Assembly: GCA_037379345.1 (NCBI GenBank)
Contig: CM074513.1
Coordinates: forward strand, 45,115,195-45,179,194
Direction: 5' to 3'
Length of the DNA stretch: 64,000 nt
Source of the DNA: Perna viridis
Taxonomy: Eukaryota
The notes under the pieces are model-generated. The model was given only the letters and a program-made list of their open reading frames with translations, had not been told where the DNA came from and made no database searches. Shown here piece after piece: positions 38,682 to 50,402 of this stretch (position 1 is its first letter; each line of letters starts with the position of its first letter). A program made the translations under genes and the position numbers.

Positions 38682-38903
38682 GGAGGGTCTGAAAAATTCC
38701 CAACGATGTTAGAACTGTCAAATTTGCGAAGCAAATCTTTGTCGTTCCCTCCGCGGGACTCGAACTCGTACCGCTGTGACATCTATGGCAACACCGCCTG
38801 CACTAAGTACAGCGCTCTGCTATAAGTTTGCGTTATCTTCCCTGTATCAATTTGATCCGATGGAGCAGTGTAGAAAATAGAGTCGTCACATTCTGAGACG
38901 TTG
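38682..38903 (-). mobile_element. tRNA-cassette element, internally deleted copy flanked by (TA)n on both sides
   Basis: Homologous to 44850-45090 in reverse. B box retained (GGGACTCGAACTC); A box deleted at ~38818. (TA)n at ~38670-38681 and 38904-38923. Confidence 0.85.
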
Positions 38904-38923
38904 TATATATATATATATATATA

Positions 38924-40299
38924 CAGTCTCGGGTCAAAAGTATTTCTGCAATATGGCCGACGTCATTCAACGTCATTTACTTTATACCACTAAATAAATC
39001 AATAAAAGGGCATTTTAAAGACAAAATAAATGAGATACTAACTTTAATATTTTGTTATTGCACCATTGGCTCTCAATACACGACGAATTCTAGTTGGAAT
39101 AGAATTATATAATGTCCTTATATAGACTGGTTCAATGTCCATCCACACACGTTTAGACTCCCTGATCAAGTCCTCCTTCGTTTTGATCCTGTGCACCACC
39201 TTCTGTAACCGGATTTTAATGTACCTCCAAACATTCTCAATAATGTTGATATCTGGGCTTTGCGCAGGCCACACCATTCCTTCGATATCATTGTCTGCCT
39301 TCCATCGAATCGTGTGTCTAGATCGGTGGGGGGTAGCATTGTCATCTTGGAAGATCCACCTCCCTGTCGGAAAAGTTTTAGCCACAACTGGCCAAAGATG
39401 TTCATCCAGAATGTCTGTATATTTCTGTGAATTAATTGTCCCATTCACTGGTACAAAAGTTCCAACACCGTCAAATGTTACACATCCCCAAAACATAACA
39501 CTCACAACGGGACCGGCTGTGTCGTCACCCTTCTCTCCAAGGCAAGAATTAAACCACTTTTCATCGTCTCTCCGCCAAATATGAACTTTGCTATGCTTTC
39601 CTATACATATTTGAGTCTCATCAGAGAAAATTATATTCTTCCAGTATTTGTTCACAGTCATATGAAGCTTTGATCGACACCAAGCCCTCCTTTTGAACCT
39701 GTTTCCATCACTGATCACAATTTTCTTCTTCACAACTCGTTTTTTGAATCCATAAAACTTAAGCCTCCTCTTAACAGTTGATTCACTTATCTTAACTGGT
39801 GTTCTCTCATTCAAAAGGTTAGTAACATCCTTTAAGTTCTTTCTACGCTCCGTTTTCACAATCCGTAGCAACTGCCTGTCCGTCCTGGTGTCACATTTTC
39901 TGGGTCGACCACTTCGTGTCCTGTTTTCTTCATTTTCACGGATCCGATAACGTTTTAAAAACTTTTGAACTGTAGAGGGATTCAAACCCAACATCTGAGC
40001 GATTTTTCGTCCACTATGTCCATCTTCATCTAATTTTACAATGCATTTTTTCGTATCAACACTCATCTCTTTTCCTCTCGGTGCCATTTTTTAGCAGACG
40101 ACAAGTAAACAAAAGAGAGACAACTCTATGCATCCCTTCAATTTCCAGAAAATACTCTATAAATAGACCTTTTAAAAAACCAAATCTATTTTCACTTTGT
40201 TACAGGTCATGACAAAAATATCGGCATTTGGTTCACGCACCTGTCGGGCACGGATAACGTCGGCCGCCATTGTGCGGAAATACTTATGACCCGAGACTG
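38924..40299 (-). mobile_element. Full-length Tc1 DNA transposon, 1376 bp
   Basis: TIRs CAGTCTCGGGTCAAAAGTATTTCTGCA and reverse complement CAGTCTCGGGTCATAAGTATTTCCGCA (25/27). TA TSD at 38922-38923 and 40300-40301. Single intact transposase ORF. Confidence 0.97.
39044..40087 (-). CDS. Tc1-family transposase, DD34E, 347 aa
   Basis: N-terminal HTH (SGRKIAQMLGLNPSTV), GRPR linker, second HTH (ISESTVKRRL). Catalytic motifs IFSDE, FQDDNA and SPDINIIE, with 34 residues between the second D and the E. Confidence 0.97.
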   Translation of the reverse strand: MAPRGKEMSVDTKKCIVKLDEDGHSGRKIAQMLGLNPSTVQKFLKRYRIRENEENRTRSGRPRKCDTRTDRQLLRIVKTERRKNLKDVTNLLNERTPVKISESTVKRRLKFYGFKKRVVKKKIVISDGNRFKRRAWCRSKLHMTVNKYWKNIIFSDETQICIGKHSKVHIWRRDDEKWFNSCLGEKGDDTAGPVVSVMFWGCVTFDGVGTFVPVNGTINSQKYTDILDEHLWPVVAKTFPTGRWIFQDDNATPHRSRHTIRWKADNDIEGMVWPAQSPDINIIENVWRYIKIRLQKVVHRIKTKEDLIRESKRVWMDIEPVYIRTLYNSIPTRIRRVLRANGAITKY

Positions 40300-43200
40300 T
40301 ATATATCGTGGTGTTTGCTCATTGGAAACCACACGAGAAATTAAGCGTCCACCGAAAATTAATAAATTGTAGCGGTTACTTATCTTTCCGACTTGTATTT
40401 ACAGAATCTTGGAAATTTTAGGACCATAATGTCAACATTTACAAAGAACTGTAAAGTTATGTTAACAATTTCGGAAAAACGCAATTCTACTCTTTTTGTG
40501 GGAATTACATTAGGAAGTTAATTTAAAAATTGGTTGTTCTACATTTCAATTACAAGGAAGTTTCTGGGAATTAATACATATCTTGATCAATCTAATTGTC
40601 CCTGGGCTTCATCTCATCGCATTGCTGTGTTCAATGTGAAATCTTAATAGTAAGTCCCATACTTATTTCTCAATTTTACAGCCGGATCGATTTGTGTATA
40701 TCTTAATGTATCTCCGTGAAGAATAATTTAGCTTGATGTAATGGGCCGTTTTACATTCTTCAATGCCCTGTTAACCTCGTTATATTTAAAGAAACTATTG
40801 GTGTGTGGTTTCAATGATATTCCTAATCATTTTTCATACAAATGTTTTTACATTTAAGCCGTTAGTGTGATGTAATTTAGAGGTTTATTACCGATGGGAC
40901 CGACCATGGTAAATGGAAATCGTAAACTTATAAAAGTCTTATTTTATGATTCTTCTTTTGGGCATTGTGCGTCAATCGTTTGTCACAAAACCTAGTGGAA
41001 AAAGATATTAACTATTGTTTTTAATAACAAAGTTTTGAAAGGCGTGTATAATACAATATTTTCAGGAGTTCTTCTCAAGTTCACCAAGTATCATATAAAG
41101 AGATAATTCCAATCTGATAAACTCTAGGTAATAGTCGAAAGAAAAAGTCACAAAAAGAAAGTCTATATAATAAATGGCATAATCAAAACCGGAAAGTTGG
41201 AAACAGTCGTCATAGTCTGCAAGAAATACGCACAATAGGGGAAAACATATGCTCTACGAATACTAATGTCATAAGGATTGATTCATTTTGTATCTTGCTT
41301 TGTAACTATTTGTAAAGAGATAACAGTTATCTATAAACTTGACCCACAAAGTCTCATCAAGAAGTAATTAGTAAATGAACCCTCAAATTGTCTATTTTCA
41401 ATTTCAAACTTCGAAATTTTGATTGTTTTCATATTACAACAGAGGCATATTCGATCCCACTTAACGTATGCGATCGAAAAAAAAATTAAGAAATATTTCC
41501 TTTTTCTAAGGGAACGAAAATATTTATCAACCAGTTTTCTTCTGGGTTCGACAACTATCAATCAAGTACCAGTTGAAGAGAAATTTATTCGGACTTGCAT
41601 AACATTCGATTTCTCATTGAAATTTTCCTGTGTTCGGAAGCAATAAATCATTTTTATTTTTATGTCAACCAGTGTGGTTACATACCGCTCCAAAGTATAA
41701 TCATGCAAAATATCACGATAAAGGCTTCAAACAGAATAAAATGCAAGTTATTTAACAAAAAATAATGAATATAGCAATAAATTTAATACAACCAGGTGCG
41801 TGTGAGGAGTGGTAACTAATACTTTTGACTTTGTTAACTGCCACATTTGTCATTTACTAAATACTGTAATTCAATTTAAGCTTTAGTAAGTCCATAAAAT
41901 TCAGAAATTTATATTGATTTTTCTCGTGTAATCGCATAAAAATTGTAAATTTCAAGCTTTTACCATTCAGGAGACCATATTAACGTTTTGTACAAAATAC
42001 CCATTCCCACGACGTTTTATTTTTTACTCTTAAGTAGATTATACTTTATTGAATTATATATATTACTTCTCCAATAAAATGTGGTAAAGAGGTTAAGAAG
42101 CACCTATATCCATTTAGCTATTTCTTGTCATATGTATGCAACATATTAATCTAGTTGTAACAATTTTACGGGCTATCCTATCTCATTTGTTCAGCCCGAT
42201 ATTTACATAAGACGAACATTCAACTTAAGTGCTCGACAAACAGGTGATTGCAGAGGACACAGTAATAGGTGCATATAACATTATGTTGAAATGATATAAA
42301 AGTAATATATATGGTTTTATCTATATCTATGCCACTGCATAATAACATACTAAACCTGTTTAGTTGTAGCTTTTAATATTTAGGGATTATGACGGGTGCA
42401 GTGTTTTCTATGTTGTTGGTTTTATAAAATAAATGTTCCTTTCAATAACTTTTTTTTCTAGTTTGTAGCACCGGTCAAATAAATGTTTCTTTCTTTTGTT
42501 CAAACAAATTGCGTAATGTACATAAAAGTTTGTATAAACAGTTATATTAGTACCACGAATCAAAACTTCAGATGTGTACAAAATAATAACAATGATAATT
42601 TTGCGATGCTGCTCTAGTACTTTAATTTAGAGATTCAATATCCTTCGGATTTTAAGTTAATTGCTTACATTGGAGCCAAACAAAATGCTTTTTTTACAAT
42701 ATAGTCTTTCAAAAAATGTTTCTAAGGCAAGAAACCGTATAAATACACACAGTCATATTCAAAGTAAAGTCACGTAAATCTGCAGTCATAGAATTCATGT
42801 TTAAATAAAGGAAGAGTCCATATCGGAAGATCGATACCGAATTCTGTCGTACAAATTAACAAATACTGTTGACAAATAAACGTTAAGATTTATTCAAATA
42901 TCAATGACAAAATGTCATTTTCGATCAGAAGTTACGTTGTTTTGCCTAAAACTTAATTCTAAATATGCTCATTTTCGTAGTAATTTCAATACCTCATGGC
43001 AAAAGAAATTTGATGATGATATAATCAAAATAATTGGAATTCCTCTAACTATCAATCAGACTTCCGAGAAAAATTGTACATTTATGACATTTTAATTTCC
43101 TTCAGATTTTGTCATGAGTAAATTATATAGAACATGTATGATACATGTATTGCGTCCTTTATAAATTTGACAGAAATAATTTCGTTAAAAGTACGGTGTC

Positions 43201-44624
43201 CTTAATGTACGACTGAAAGAACGATTACAGTTCAGGAATCAGGAACTGGATAGTCAAGGGAGACGGGAAACTATGATCACCACTATAGATCAGCGCCTTA
43301 TCTGAGAAGAAAAAAAAATATCTCACAACCAAAAACAAAACACTGCTTTTCAAAACAAAATGTTGATTTGCTAAAATACAATGATTCATCTTTGTTTTCC
43401 ATATCTTTGGAAATTCTTTGCCAAAGTACAATGGTTCAGTGGCAAGAATTAATAGATGTTTAACTTGAATTTGAAAAGTTTAGAAATCGTTTAATATCTG
43501 TGTATACTAGGGGCAAATGGAAGGCACGACAGGTTCCCTACCAATAGTTTCCTAGGTGCGGCATGTCGTATCCGATATTTACACTAAATAGAAGGATGGA
43601 TTTGTACACAGCAATCATACTGACTCCCCAACACCCAACCCTTGTAGCAAGCCGTCTGACTCGTCGTACCAATACAGTTACTGCACTTCTTTGCATATTC
43701 TAATTTTGTTTGATTCTATGATAGCTAACTATTTCTTTAGTGTAAGGTCAAATTGTACAAAAATCAAAACAAATACAACACTCAATGTCTACAAAACAGT
43801 GGCTGACAACACAGCATTCCAGAAAAATATAAGGGTTTCAAAAACGCTATTTATTAAGAAGTTAATAATTTGAAATGAATTGAACTAACTTGTACTGCTT
43901 TGAAGCTATCCAGTACTGATAGCTATCTATGTCTAAGAGTTTTGAAAAGATCGAAGCATGTCTACATGGTATTGATGTGTTACTTAACCAGTTGGTGCAA
44001 CAGTGCCATTTAAGTACTATTAATGACATGTTGAGATTCCGGGTGATCGAGATACAATAGACATGATAAAGTTGTGGTTAATTAAACTTAGATTTACTAC
44101 CAGAAATACCATTGATTTGTTCTTTAGAACAAGATACTTGGTACTGCGGCCTTAAAATACCAATGGTAATTAAGCACAAAAATGCCCATATATTTGAAAA
44201 GAAATATGATAATTAGAACGTACATGTATTCCAAGTCGTTAAGATAAACCAAAAGTTTGAATAATATAAGTCAAAGAAAGGCACCTAAACAAAACTAGCA
44301 GACAACAACAACATACACGCGAGTTATTAAAGTGAAAATAAAAAGGTATCCATTAACCTTGACTGTCACATCGAAATTGTTCAAGTTTTTAACTATATCC
44401 TATGATTGAATACATGATGCTTGGTTTCTTCTTTGTCAAATATTATTTTCTGTGTAAAAAACATTCCAACAATTCCTCTGTATTGTCCCTCAACTCAAAC
44501 ATTTTTTCTATAAATCTCTTACCGGCGTAGTTATTTACCCAAAAAACCTAACGTGACATACAAGGATTTGCCACTTGCACTGGGGACAAGGATGCTTCCG
44601 ACCCACTTCCGAGCTCACAGACCG

Positions 44625-45640
44625 TAGACCATGTATGCTATTGTCATTCCCTGGCGTCCGTCGTCGTCATCGTCTGTCGAACTACTAAATGAATTTAGAT
44701 CAAACTTTGGATGATTGTTTCTAAGTGTATTCTAGGATTATCCTACATAGAGTCCATGTTTCGATTTTTTGATCCGTCGAAAAACATGGCTGTCGTTACT
44801 AAAAATAGAGCATAGGGGTCAGACAGCAGTTTATAAAATCAATATTATACAACGTTTCAGAATGTGACGACGTTATTCGTTACACTGCTCCATCAAATCC
44901 TATGAGGAGGAATGACCCGGCCAGCGAAAGCTATATTTTTAGATAGCCTAGCTGCCCGAGTGGTCTAGGGCGCTGGACTTAGTGCAGGCGGTGTTGCCAT
45001 AGATGTTACAGCGGTATGAGTTCGAGTCCCGTGGAGGGAACGACCAAAAATTTGACAGTTCTAACATCGTTGGGAATTTTTCAGACCCTTTTATATATAT
45101 ATATATATATATATGAAGAGATTTATCTGTGGTCAAATTTTGGTAAAAATCTGTTGAGGCATGATGGATTTATTGACCTTATTGACAATTTTGGTGTCAT
45201 TATGTCAAAAATCTTCCTCTCTGAAACTACTATTCAGAATCCAATGAAACTTGGTAAGTTAATTTCTTAGGGTATTCTGCACAAACTGATTGTTTTAATT
45301 TTTGAAACGTTGAAAACATGACCGCTTTTACAAAGGGGTAAAAAATTGCAGATAACCCAAAGCCTTTGAATTTAAAAAAAAAAACTGATTAGGGTTATAT
45401 TGTTCATCAGAAGACGGATTTTATGCCGAAATTTTCAAAATGATTTGTCGCCCGATGTAGGAGTTAGTGCCCCTGAAACATATTTTTTTTTGTCATTCAC
45501 ATGTACAACTTTGAAAATCTTCTCTGAAACCATACATTTGGCATAATTTTAGGGTATCTTGCACAAACGAATGATTTTAAATTTTCATCGGTTGAAAAAA
45601 AATGGCCGTCGTTACTTAAAATATATCTTCCTGAACTATA
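44625..45640 (+). mobile_element. Decayed Helentron-associated (HINE-like) element, interrupted by the tRNA-cassette element
   Basis: GCTATTGTCATTCCCTGGCGTCCGTCGTCGTC head and AAAAACATGGCTGTCGTTACTAAAAATAGAGCATAGGGGTCAGACAG body are shared with 48615-49242. Confidence 0.65.
44850..45090 (+). mobile_element. tRNA-cassette element, best-preserved Pol III cassette, followed by (TA)n
   Basis: Terminus CAACGTTTCAGAATGTGACGAC. tRNA-like unit from ~44946 with A box TGCCCGAGTGG and B box GTTCGAGTCCC. T5 run at ~45077-45081. Ends TCAGACCCTTT(TA)n. Confidence 0.85.
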
Positions 45641-46324
45641 GAAAAAAATGAAGATGAAAGCTATTTATAAGATAAACATGATATTCTGAGTTGACTGGCA
45701 GTATTGAATTTATTTTTTTTATTTATTTATTTAGACAGCCATTTTGCGACCATTTTCACCAGTTGCTCGGATTCTAGTAAATTTTTGTTTCATTGATTTT
45801 TTTTTATACAGGAAACATGGTATTCTAAGTTGAATGGTGATGAATTTCATGTGTTAAGAGATGAATGTTGACCTTTTAAAGGATGCAAGCCATTTGCAGC
45901 TTTAGTAGAATCATCATTATTTTTTGCTCATTTTTGCACTATATTCAAAAGTTTTGTTGACTACTTTCATTTTGTCAATACGCCAGCATAACGGACGTTT
46001 AATTTTTAGAAACTATAAGATTTATTGATCATCTCTATTTTTATTTAGAAACCGAAATGTTTCACATTTCAGTTAAAGTCTCATAGTTTTAGAATTATTT
46101 ATTTGATATATTTAATCGGTAAAGTCACTACACTTTTACTATTTTTATGGAACTATATTTATGATCAGCGTACGTGTACTTGGCGCCCTTAGCGACATTG
46201 TGATGAGGTAACGCATAGGTGATTAGTTATCTTTATTCAAAATTTTATGCTAGGAAAATTCAAACGGGGGTTTGATTCATAGTTGTAATAGTTTTGGTAT
46301 TAATTATGTTAAAAACAATAATCA

Positions 46325-47650
46325 AAGTAATCAAGATTCGAGCAGAAATCAATGGAGTAAACAGGGAAAATAGAAAATCACAGCGAAGAACATGAAATAA
46401 CCAAAATAAAACGTACAAAGAAACAAATTTAAATGAGCAACCCGGATCGACTTTAATAAATACTATGAGCATGAACCAGGCACACCGGATGGGTAAACAT
46501 TCTCTGCTTTTTTGTGTGGTGCAGATAGATGCATCAGTTCATAATGACAACTATAAAACTTTTGTAGTGATGATTTATTCTTTTAGCAACATAACCTTGT
46601 CCAAGAAGCCTAATTGTAAGAAATCTACCACGGTACAAAAAATCAGCATTGTTTAGGCAAGTTCTGGCACAACGTATGAGCTGTGACATGATATCTGTCA
46701 AGAATATGAAAGGAAAGTTGACAATACGAAATGAGAAGTCATTGCGTTTGTCGTTTTTCTCTTCCATCGATCTCTAGGTGTATGCCAAGATTTGAGGCTG
46801 AGTACATAGTTCCTGTGGTATCCGCTATCTCAACTTCTGATAACCGGCAGGAATATGATACAGATGAAAGGACAGTTGACAATACGAAATGAGAAGTCAT
46901 TGCGTTTGTCGTTTTTCTCTTCCATCGATCTCTAAGTGTATGTCAAGATTTGAGGCAGACTAGATAGTTTTTGTGATGTCCGTTATCTAAACTTTTTTAC
47001 GGTAGATGCGATGTATATAAATAATATCCGAAAGAAGGATTGTTTAAACACAATAAGTAATCTATGTAGCAAACACTGAGATTAAAGGACCTGTCTAAAC
47101 GATATCTTTTCTTTAGAATCAAATCGAGTAGCGGAGCGCAAATTGTTCCCATTGAAATACCGACTGTTGAAAAAAAAGTCCACCACACTGGACAGATATG
47201 TCGTCGATCAGAAATTCAAGCGACTGAAGACCTTCTTTAATAGTTGTAAGTATGAAAGTTAAACATTTCGAATGAAGCTTGGTATTACATTGAAATGCGG
47301 ATCCAGCTATGAAGCACCTTCTGTATGCATTCTTGTGGAGTTTTGGAATTTTAGTACATGGACGGACGATCACAATCATTTTCTTTAATAGAGAGATCAA
47401 ACGGATTTGTGGTTTTCAACTATCTTTTCTTTCAGTAGACATGACCTCGAAACTGCTATGATGATGAACATTCCTTTCTGTTACATAACGGCCCCTCTAG
47501 TTTTTTGTTGATTAATTTGAACATCAACGCCACATTGATTTTCAAAAGAACTAGATTTGTAAGGCTGAATCCAATTTGATATTTTACGCTGCTTTGCCTC
47601 CATCTAATAATGAACATTTAAGTTTTAGGTTCTTTAATTACAGCTTTTAG
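46325..47650 (-). pseudogene. Longest Penelope-like (Naiad-type) RT remnant, heavily mutated
   Basis: Minus-strand peptides PKLHKNAYRRCFIAGS, LEFLIDDISVQCGGLFFQQ, VGISMGTICAPLL, CYIDYLLCLNNPSF, DKRNDFSFRIVNFPF and SQLIRCARTC, broken by frameshifts and deletions. Confidence 0.85.
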
Positions 47651-48614
47651 ATTTATTTGGTTCCTACACCGCTAAATTGCTTTATTTCGTAGTGCATCGC
47701 AAAGACGATCTAATTTCTTTACTTTTGTTTTTAGAATTATGTTTTACTTATTATCTAACGTTAGGTTAAAGACCATAATTGTGATGCATGTCTTTTGTGT
47801 TTGATGCCTTCAGCATCATGCATCTCAATCATATTTTATATCAGCAAATATGAATATACAAAGTGAAATCTCCTTTGTCTATTCTTTATTCCTTGTCTTT
47901 TGCTTTTTTTTATTTTAACAATATTTCGCACTTTTAAGATACAGACTCACGTTGTCTACAAAAAAGGAACCGAACTTATGTAGTTTGGTTTGTTTATCAT
48001 TCTTGATTCACGGCAAATAGTATCTTATATCCCCTTATGACTTTATGTAGACCATGACCTTTTATATTGCTGTTATTTTTGCTAAAGATAACTGTGAAAA
48101 ATTCTTTTACACAACAACCCTTAAACATATCTTAAAACATTTATCTAGACATTTATTTAAAATAAAACAAATGATTCCAAACAATTATCATTTGATATAG
48201 CAGAATACCAATCATATTGCAAATTCCGTTGTGCATGCAATAACCAATCATAGGCGACATTAGAACCAAATACAAAAGGAAGTCTAAATTCAAAAATAAG
48301 TTGTAAACAAAAAGCTCTCAAAACCAACAATATTGTAATGGGAAGCCAAATCCAGCACCCAGAAGTTCTACAAAGTGAAATATAAGGTATGAAGCCAGCG
48401 CATATTTCATGCATCTGTCCACAGTCGGGATATTTTAGTCTTTAATGTATCTTTGCATTGTTATATCACTTTTTAATTTGTTTAGTAGGAATTTTGATCG
48501 AACCGTCACTGTTAATTTGCTACCCTTGTAGTATGTGCCTTCCATAGCTTTTTACACCTGGTGAACCTCAGACGCTGGTGCATTTGCTAAGTTTCGCCAA
48601 ATCTATATCCGTCC

Positions 48615-49242
48615 TTTTTTTAACTCACATAAGGCCAAGTGAGCTATTGCCATCACTTGGCGTCCGTCGTCGTCAACAATTTTTCAAAACTCTTCTCCTC
48701 TGACACTGCTTGACCAATTGGAACCAAACTTGGTATGAATGTTCCTTGTGGAATCTTGCATAGAACTGATGTGGGTAGTTTTGATTCGTTGAAAAACATT
48801 GCCGCTGTTACTAAACATAGAACATTTGGGTCAGACAGTAGTTTTCCGCATATATCTCCAAAACCAGTAGGTAAAGTCAAATTCTAATATAGGGTAAAGG
48901 TGTTCAAATTTTTGTATAAATCTGATAAGCCATGTGGGAGTTATTGCCCTTTTGGAATTTTTTTTTTGGCTGTTTTTAATGTTATTTCTTTCTAAAATCA
49001 GTTCCTCTAAAACTACTTGACCAATTGATATCACGCTTGTTATGAATGTTCCTTGGAGGATCCTGCTTAGAACTGATGTGGGGATTTTTGATGTGTCGAA
49101 AAACATGGCTGCTGTTACTAAGTATAGAAGCTAGGGGTCAGACAATAGTTTTTCGCATATATCTCCAAAACTGTTAGGTTTAGCCACATTCTTTCAATTG
49201 CTGAAATTATCTTAATTATAAGGCCTACACAAGCCTCTTGTT
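48615..49242 (+). mobile_element. Non-autonomous Helentron-associated (HINE-like) element with two ~307-bp internal repeats
   Basis: T-run + AACTCAC..GTGAGCT subterminal hairpin, (CGT)n microsatellite, repeated blocks at 48711/49018, and end AGGCC..GCCTCTTGTT. Confidence 0.75.
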
Positions 49243-50260
49243 GCGCTCTAGAGTTTTATAATATTGAAAGTCGGGTCAGATAAAACTGACAATTTGGCTA
49301 CTCTCGGGGATCCCTGACTCACTATCATTGGAAATGACAATACATACAAATATCACTATAATAGTATTGCCAATACCGATATGCTGTACATTTTTTTCAA
49401 GGAGTAACCTCTTTTCAGCAGCATTAGAACCATATATATAGAGAGATCTTAAATTAAAAATAAATTGTAACTTACAAACAAAAATGTAAATTCTGATCCC
49501 GTGGGAAAAGTAAGGTCAATGCTTGCATCTCCTCCTTTTTTTCTTTATGTAAGTCAATATTCTATTCTAATAATAAATGCTCAAAGTTGTCAATTTATCT
49601 AATATTTTATATAACTTAAAAGTTTTTCTAGGTAAATAAAAGAGTGTGTTTAGGTAAAGATTGATATTGACAACAAGCGCTAATCAGCTTAGCCTTAGGT
49701 CTGTTTAACGTGTGTGCTAGCGTATAATTTGCTAATTGATGTTCAGAAGAAAATAGGTAAGATGTAAATACAATGAGGCTTTTTGTGTTATTTTACGAAA
49801 ATGTGCATTTATAATCACTGACCCAAACACCCAGTGTATTCGTTCACATTATAATACTACAAAACTTCTTTTATTGAAGAAGATAGGAGTACAAGAGTAA
49901 TAATATTTTATTCTACCCAAACTTAACAAACCCAATATGCAAATAAGGCAATTATTTCCAATATTCATAACTTTAACTCGTGAGAATGTAAGTCACGGCC
50001 AAGGTGACCACTTGGGTACTGTACGTCTCTTCATTAATGCAAAGTCGTAGATTGTATTAATTCAATTTATCAGAACAATGGCACTTTATAACTTAATAAC
50101 GTTTCAGTAAAATGGTTACGTATTGAACATGATAAGTCGCTTTCTGTCCAAGTCTCTCAGAAGGTTTATATGTTGTAAACACAGTATTGGATATTTATTT
50201 TTTCTGTATTAACCTTACACCTCAGAAAATTATTCAATAAAGAAATGGTGTTGATAGTAG

Positions 50261-50402
50261 TTCTCGATGCCTAGGATCTAACGCATATTTGGTGTCATGA
50301 CATCATTTCTCGATGCCCAGGATCTAACGCGTATTTGGTGTCATGACATTATCATTTCTCGATGCCCAGGATCTAACCCATATTTGGTGTCATGACATTA
50401 TC
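50261..50402. repeat. 46-49-bp tandem repeat, 3 copies
   Basis: TTCTCGATGCCYAGGATCTAACGCATATTTGGTGTCATGACAT(TAT)CAT x3, each with the palindrome TGTCATGACA. Confidence 0.95.

Noticed and set aside
39135-39584. 149-aa antisense ORF (also 39166-39444 and 37399-37644)
   Set aside because: Shadow or alternate-frame ORFs of the transposase and GPCR with no independent motifs.
44946-45040. Functional tRNA gene
   Set aside because: A and B boxes are present, but no proper acceptor stem or cloverleaf can be drawn, and it lies within a dispersed repeat.
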